From contig NZ_CAAGSW010000001.1 of NCBI RefSeq assembly GCF_900774055.1, positions 39,797-79,796 of the forward strand: 40,000 bases of DNA, read 5' to 3'. The translations under genes and the position numbers were made by a program. Of this stretch, positions 34,992-40,000 are shown in pieces (position 1 is the first letter of the stretch; every line of letters starts with the position of its first letter). Under the pieces are notes generated by a model. It worked only from the letters and a program-made list of their open reading frames with translations, did no database searches and was not told where the DNA came from. The stretch is from Methanococcoides sp. AM1. GTDB lineage: Archaea; Halobacteriota; Methanosarcinia; Methanosarcinales; Methanosarcinaceae.

Positions 34992-36170
34992 TCACCCATC
35001 ATTTACAAAGAATGATCTTGCATTAGCAATCGCATCATTCACCATTTCTTCAATATCCAGTTTTTCTTCTTCTCTGACGATCAGATCGAATGCAGCATTG
35101 ATCTCCGGTCGTGCAGGAACTGCACCACATCCGGAGGTGGGCATAATGGAGATATCATAGGTACCAATACGCCTTGCAAGATCAATGATCTCAGTCTTAT
35201 CCAATCCGATCAAAGGATGATAAAGAGGTATTCCAAGCCCATATATCTCAGCATGCATGTTAGCAGCTGTCTGTGATGCAACCTGTCCGATGGAAGAGCC
35301 AGTAACAATGCCATCAGCGCCTTCTTTTTTCATAATTTCATATGCCATGCGATACATAGTGCGCTTGCACAGAAGACATGTGTTCTTCTCATTGCAGTTC
35401 TTAATGAATGTGTCAAGATTCTTCCCATGCGGAACATCATACATCTTGATGTTATCTGCAGGAGACCACCTCTGTAATACTTCCACACATTTTATTGCCC
35501 TTTCGAGTGCACTGTCTTCAGCAAATGGTTTATTGTTGGCATAAACCGGTATTATTTTTACACCACGCCTCATCATAAGCCAGGCTGCGACTGGAGAATC
35601 GATACCACCAGACATTAGAACGATCATCTTACCCTGAGTTCCGAGAGGCAAGCCACCCACGCCCTTCACGATGTCGGTGAATACATATGCCTTGTTCTGC
35701 CTCATTTCAACGAAGATCTCACGATCCGGATCAGAAAGATTCACTTTCGGAGTCCTGCCAAGAGATTCCAGGCGACCCCACACTGCATCCCCGCAAAGGC
35801 GTCCAATGTCAGTGGATGAAAGACCAGTTTTACCTGAGCGGCGTGCACGGATACCAAAGGATTCGCCATCTTTTATCAGATCAGCACCAATGTCAGCACA
35901 CACCTTTGCAGCGGCATCAATGTCAGCTTCGACCTTTATAGCAGAAGATGCGGACACGACTCCAAAAACATCTGCTGCTGCCTTTGCAGCACCAGTATCA
36001 GCTGATTCGATAAAAATACGGCCCCATTCCCTGTAAACCCTGGAGAACGATACATTCTCCTGCTTAAGCATGGCTTCAAGGTTACGAACCAGGACTCGTT
36101 CATACAGATTCCTGACACCCGGACTCTTAAGAGCCAATTCGCCATATCTTACAATAACCACGTCGTACAT
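34992..36170 (-). CDS. thiI: tRNA 4-thiouridine synthase / thiamine biosynthesis protein ThiI
   Basis: 392 aa with an N-terminal ferredoxin-like/THUMP region and a PP-loop (VLMSGGIDSPVAAWLMMRRG). Confidence 0.9.
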   Translation of the reverse strand: MYDVVIVRYGELALKSPGVRNLYERVLVRNLEAMLKQENVSFSRVYREWGRIFIESADTGAAKAAADVFGVVSASSAIKVEADIDAAAKVCADIGADLIKDGESFGIRARRSGKTGLSSTDIGRLCGDAVWGRLESLGRTPKVNLSDPDREIFVEMRQNKAYVFTDIVKGVGGLPLGTQGKMIVLMSGGIDSPVAAWLMMRRGVKIIPVYANNKPFAEDSALERAIKCVEVLQRWSPADNIKMYDVPHGKNLDTFIKNCNEKNTCLLCKRTMYRMAYEIMKKEGADGIVTGSSIGQVASQTAANMHAEIYGLGIPLYHPLIGLDKTEIIDLARRIGTYDISIMPTSGCGAVPARPEINAAFDLIVREEEKLDIEEMVNDAIANARSFFVNDG

Positions 36171-36440
36171 GAGGCATACTTATTCATACATGTTTTTTAA
36201 GCTATTTGGTAAAGGCAAAACTGACCAAAAAAATAAAGATGGCGAAAATTATAAATACTGATGAGATGATAATATAGGTTTACCGTCCCACCACCAATAT
36301 AGGGGGCACGATGCAAATTTCGGCATCAGCAGGGACATGAGCGTGTTTGGGGAGTGGGAAACTCAACGCACCCATAGAGAGATCTTTGTAGATCATACGC
36401 AACCATATGAAATATTACTTGAAGTTAGGGGAAACGTAGC

Positions 36441-36578
36441 ATGAAAACATTACACAAATGTCCAAAATGTAGCTCAAGATTGGAATTGAAAGGGGAAAAC
36501 ATACAGGTTTGCAATGTCTGTAAATACTGGACAGAAGCAGGAACTGCAAGACTTGATTCCATTACGATTCTTGAGTGA
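36441..36578 (+). CDS. Small zinc-ribbon protein (45 aa), below the ORF-track size cutoff
   Basis: Hand translation gives MKTLHKCPKCSSRLELKGENIQVCNVCKYWTEAGTARLDSITILE, with two CxxC pairs 13 residues apart. The 82-aa minus-strand track ORF in this region looks spurious. Confidence 0.35.
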   Translation: MKTLHKCPKCSSRLELKGENIQVCNVCKYWTEAGTARLDSITILE

Positions 36579-36587
36579 GGCGAGATC

Positions 36588-36740
36588 TTGGAAATCACTT
36601 TGAAATGTCACTTGTGTGACATTGATCTGAAGATCATGAGGATTGGCGATAACGCCATGTATTATTGCCAGAAATGTGGGAGAACAACCTCCATTGACTC
36701 TGCCCGCAGCATATCTGATCAAACTGCTTATACAGCCTGA
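36588..36740 (+). CDS. Second small zinc-ribbon protein (50 aa, TTG start), tentative
   Basis: Hand translation gives (M)EITLKCHLCDIDLKIMRIGDNAMYYCQKCGRTTSIDSARSISDQTAYTA, with two CxxC pairs. It lies 9 nt after the previous small ORF. Confidence 0.3.
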   Translation: MEITLKCHLCDIDLKIMRIGDNAMYYCQKCGRTTSIDSARSISDQTAYTA

Positions 36741-37204
36741 TGTGAATTGCCTGCGATCGACCTCAATTTTGCAACATAGGAATACAGGCTTTCCACATCT
36801 TTAATCTCTTTTTTTACCATTGAACTCAAACGGTCACGCATATGCATATCTACATCAATGCCAAAATACCTGAGATCTTCCGAGATCTTTGATGCCAGCA
36901 AGTCACCACGCCGATCCCAGTCGGTCAGGATCATAACTCTTTTACCAGTATCAACGATCCTGGCAGAAACCTCCGTAAGAGGCCGGTGGGTTGCAAGTTC
37001 AATGTCCCCATGGAAACCCAGTTTTCTTAAAGAAATAACATCCCTCTTCCCTTCAACAACAATAAGATAACCATTATTCGAACATTCCAGCATTTCTTCA
37101 AGAAGTTTCTCGATCAGTTCAAGCTTTCGTTGATATACAAAAAAAGGAGCTTTCAAATGGGGCCTGCCCGCTGGCACATTTGCAGTCTGTTCATGATCTG
37201 ACAT
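36728..37204 (-). CDS. Toprim-domain protein (small archaeal UPF0292-like)
   Basis: Toprim motifs: the conserved glutamate in LIVVEGKRD and the DxD in ILTDWDRRGD. Confidence 0.75.
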   Translation of the reverse strand: MSDHEQTANVPAGRPHLKAPFFVYQRKLELIEKLLEEMLECSNNGYLIVVEGKRDVISLRKLGFHGDIELATHRPLTEVSARIVDTGKRVMILTDWDRRGDLLASKISEDLRYFGIDVDMHMRDRLSSMVKKEIKDVESLYSYVAKLRSIAGNSHQAV

Positions 37205-37352
37205 TAATATAGAATATTGGAATTCAAACCTTAATAATCATCCCATAAAATAAGAACTCCTAATTCCACTCACATCGATAATGTTATATATAAATGTCAA
37301 TTAAACTTTATACAGATGGAGTAATCGACCAATCCATCAAGGAGTGGTATAT

Positions 37353-37559
37353 ATGGGTTGCATCTTTTGTGGAAAAGCTTGTACAGAAGCAGGGGTCGAA
37401 GGCGAATATGGAAAAGAGCTTGCCGAAGGCCGAATTGTCGGACATACTCACGTTTGCCTGGATTGTCTGGCAGAGCTAAAAGAGATCCTTGATATTGAAG
37501 AAATTGAAAAAAAGCTCGCTGAGACCGAATACGAAATTTTTGAAGAGGCCATACACTGA
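37353..37559 (+). CDS. Small CxxC...CxxC protein with an acidic C-terminal helix
   Basis: MGCIFCGKAC...GHTHVCLDCLAELKEIL... The competing 160-aa minus-strand ORF (37297-37779) overlaps the acylphosphatase gene and looks spurious. Confidence 0.45.
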   Translation: MGCIFCGKACTEAGVEGEYGKELAEGRIVGHTHVCLDCLAELKEILDIEEIEKKLAETEYEIFEEAIH

Positions 37560-37639
37560 AAGGTATTAGTTGCCTGGCATAAATTAAGAAAGAAGACAGT
37601 CCGGACAGTTCCAACTGTTTAGGACTATCAAGAAGCAGT

Positions 37640-37930
37640 TTATCTTTTAATAGAGAATTCAGTGAATTCGTCAGAAGTATTGACCCAGCTAACATCGATG
37701 CTTTCAACGCTGGAATGTTCAGGCCCGATGCGCAGATTATCCAATAGCTCCGATATAAGGGATCTTTTACCCTGTGCAATGACCTTTACCCTTCCATCAG
37801 GTAAATTCCGGGCATATCCGACCAGACCTAATCTGGTCGCCACCTTCTGGGTAAAGCCCCTGAAGTACACACCCTGAACCCTGCCGGAGACATACACCTC
37901 CGCACAGGCATTATCATTATTTTCTGACAT
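37640..37930 (-). CDS. acyP: Acylphosphatase
   Basis: 96 aa with the acylphosphatase signatures VSGRVQGVYFR and GYARNLPDGRVKV. Confidence 0.88.
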   Translation of the reverse strand: MSENNDNACAEVYVSGRVQGVYFRGFTQKVATRLGLVGYARNLPDGRVKVIAQGKRSLISELLDNLRIGPEHSSVESIDVSWVNTSDEFTEFSIKR

Positions 37931-37952
37931 GAATACACTTTCCAGTACGTTC

Positions 37953-39860
37953 TTAGAGGAACTTTGGCCTCATTGAAAGCAACTTTGCAAGAGGTAAACT
38001 GCGGTATGGCATATCACCTATCTCGGACAGAACCCGTCCATTAAGCTCATCAGCAGTCATTTCGACCTTCATTGGCTTCTTTGGTTCGGACTCAGCACGT
38101 ATGGTCACATTGACCTTTCCACTTTCCACTTCAGAATCGCCTATAACTGCCACGTATGGAACCCATTCACGACCGGCATCGCGTATCTTCTTACCCACGG
38201 TTTCTTCACGGTCATCAATATCCACACGGCATTGAAGAACGTCAGCAACCTGATTGGCAAATTCCATATGCCTTTCCGCAATAGGAATGACACGGACCTG
38301 TGTAGGGGACACCCATAATGGCAGATTTGGAACTTTACCAGCTTCTGCATCCATTGCTGCCTTTTCCAGGAGGGCATATATACATCTCTCAATTGCTCCG
38401 CTTGGAGAACAGTGAAGAACAACAGGATGTTGTGTCTCACCATTGGAATCAATATAATTGATGTCATAGCGCTCTGCATTTTCCACATCGATCTGAACGG
38501 TAGATAATGCACTTGCCTTTTCTATGGCATCCACGAAATTGAACTCGAACTTAAGGACGAAATAGAAGAACCTTGTATCCCACATTTCCACAAGTACAGG
38601 TTTGTCAACCTTTCTTGCAAGCTCTGTAATAAAGTCCCGATTACCTTCGTAGAAATCACGTGTAAAGCGAATAGCAACTTCAAAGTCACTTACATCAATA
38701 CCGATCCTGTTCAATGTATCAATACACATGCTGTACTGCTCACCGAACTGAGACACGGCACCTTCCATGTCCGGACACAATGTGTGCATATCCGGCATTG
38801 TGAAAGCACGCAGCCTTCGAAGCCCCACAAGCTCACCACGCTGTTCCTTCCTGAAACTGTATCTGGTAAGCTCCATCATCTTAAGAGGAAGATGCCTGTA
38901 GGAAATGGTCATGTCATGATTCATCAGGAACTGCCCGAAACAGGCAGCAAACCTAAGGAACATGTGACGTTTGTCAGACTCAATGGAATACTGACGTGCA
39001 GGGAACCTGTCAAGATACTTCTTCAAAGTAGGATGGTTCATGTCGTACATCAATGGGGTTTCCACCTCCATTGCACCGATCTTTGCAGACTCATCAAGAA
39101 CGAAATTCTCGATAAGTGACTTCATCAACCTTCCCTTAGGATAATAGCGCATATTACCGGAATCAGAACCAGGCTCATAATCTGCGATCTCAAGCCTGCG
39201 CATCAGCTCTACATGAGGTGGTGCTTTGTCAATATTCCTGTTCTTAGTGATCTCATAATCCACGAACTTCTTGAGATTGTCGTAGCCGGTAAAATCAAAG
39301 CCTTCTGCTTCATGAAGCTCTCCATCAGGAGTCAGGATGCGCCAGTAGGACTTTGCGGTGCTTTCTGCTTTCAGTGCTTCAGAAACTACCTCGTCCTTCT
39401 TTTCCTCAACTACAACCGCTTCACCGCAGGTTGCAGACCCTTCCGGCCTGATAGTACGGGAAAGTTCAGAGAGCGGATGACCTTTACAGCTGATACTGAA
39501 TGCTTTATACCAGCCAAATGGAGCTCTCATGACATTGTACTTGCCAGAAAGTTCTTTTTCGATGCTCTTGAGCACAGAGACCGCTACCTTCGGAGATGAA
39601 AGATCGGAACTCAAGTGTGCATAAGGATAAAGCATCACATTTTCAGCTTTTACCTGACCTGCAACCTTCTCTATTTCAGCAACAGCACGTTCAACTACCT
39701 GCTGCTGATCAGCCTCATCGAAGCTCTCAACGGCCATGAATGCCGTAAGTGCTTCCTCAAGACGGCCCTGCTTGAAGGACTCCTCGATCTTTTCGGCCAC
39801 AGGAGTGCTCTTTTTTACCTCATATTCAATGTAATCTGAATGGATAAGTAATAACTGCAT
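37953..39860 (-). CDS. thrS: Threonyl-tRNA synthetase, archaeal type with N-terminal editing domain
   Basis: 635 aa with an archaeal ThrRS N-terminus ([15 protein letters not shown]), class II core motifs ([24 protein letters not shown]; [17 protein letters not shown]) and a C-terminal anticodon-binding domain. Confidence 0.95.
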   Translation of the reverse strand: MQLLLIHSDYIEYEVKKSTPVAEKIEESFKQGRLEEALTAFMAVESFDEADQQQVVERAVAEIEKVAGQVKAENVMLYPYAHLSSDLSSPKVAVSVLKSIEKELSGKYNVMRAPFGWYKAFSISCKGHPLSELSRTIRPEGSATCGEAVVVEEKKDEVVSEALKAESTAKSYWRILTPDGELHEAEGFDFTGYDNLKKFVDYEITKNRNIDKAPPHVELMRRLEIADYEPGSDSGNMRYYPKGRLMKSLIENFVLDESAKIGAMEVETPLMYDMNHPTLKKYLDRFPARQYSIESDKRHMFLRFAACFGQFLMNHDMTISYRHLPLKMMELTRYSFRKEQRGELVGLRRLRAFTMPDMHTLCPDMEGAVSQFGEQYSMCIDTLNRIGIDVSDFEVAIRFTRDFYEGNRDFITELARKVDKPVLVEMWDTRFFYFVLKFEFNFVDAIEKASALSTVQIDVENAERYDINYIDSNGETQHPVVLHCSPSGAIERCIYALLEKAAMDAEAGKVPNLPLWVSPTQVRVIPIAERHMEFANQVADVLQCRVDIDDREETVGKKIRDAGREWVPYVAVIGDSEVESGKVNVTIRAESEPKKPMKVEMTADELNGRVLSEIGDMPYRSLPLAKLLSMRPKFL

Positions 39861-40000
39861 GATCTCACCGGTTGAATAATCCTGTGCTTTAATTAAACCA
39901 ATCCTTATTAACCTTTTTCAAGTAAGTGCTCTGGAAACAAAAATGGAACACAGATTAAAAAGAGATTTACTTTTCATTGTGCCTGTTCTTCTTCAACCTT

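Noticed and set aside
36255-36345. Relatively GC-rich stretch upstream of thiI containing ctgatgagatgata, considered as a C/D-box sRNA or a TPP-type riboswitch.
   Set aside because: No properly spaced C/D/C'/D' boxes occur on either strand, and the TPP riboswitch core (CUGAGA ... ACCUGAUCUGGAUAAUGCCAGCG-like) is absent.
37297-37779. 160-aa minus-strand ORF.
   Set aside because: It overlaps both the acylphosphatase gene in another frame and the plus-strand CxxC mini-gene, and has no motif. Judged spurious.
39974-40000. Possible 3' end of another minus-strand gene (...VEEEQAQ stop) at the right edge.
   Set aside because: Only about 9 codons are visible, which is insufficient to support a call.

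Overview
The window is an archaeal chromosome segment that looks Methanosarcinaceae-like, judged from the bacterial-type grpE-dnaK-dnaJ operon, an archaeal-type ThrRS, aEF-1beta and methanofuran-type genes. Positions 1-10.2 kb are housekeeping: trkH/trkA, the Hsp70 operon, an mfnD/F/E-like cluster, a Zn-ribbon protein plus aEF-1beta, and tRNA-Ala(CGC). An accessory tract starts at the tRNA. (i) About 8.6 kb (10.2-18.8 kb) is bracketed by a 98-bp imperfect direct repeat that begins with the last 13 nt of tRNA-Ala. It carries putP, stand-alone Cache lipoproteins, a terminase C-terminal remnant, a 2.4-kb segment flanked by a ~145-bp inverted duplication, a PRTase and an e2b2-like isomerase. (ii) The main finding is a 14.8-kb casposon at 19130-33935. 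It has 50-bp terminal inverted repeats (47/50 identical), a 12-bp direct target duplication, a Cas1-solo casposase, a protein-primed family B DNA polymerase, an HNH nuclease and RHH/wHTH proteins. Its defence-type cargo is a complete type I R-M system (hsdR-hsdS-orf-hsdM), a GIY-YIG/DUF4357 protein, a Swt1-like HEPN protein and an unknown protein with UDG-like motif order. The insertion site is a pseudo-tRNA-3'-end hairpin unit that occurs in tandem degenerate copies whose right halves resemble the casposon TIR, which may be a fossil of serial integrations. Casposons are a known class. What may be new here is the cargo combination, the target-site architecture and an iteron-like TGTCGC array beside cas1. 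Positions 34-40 kb return to housekeeping genes: thiI, a Toprim protein, acylphosphatase and thrS. I found no rRNA, no CRISPR array and no cas2. All calls rest on reading the sequence and ORF translations by eye; no database search was run.
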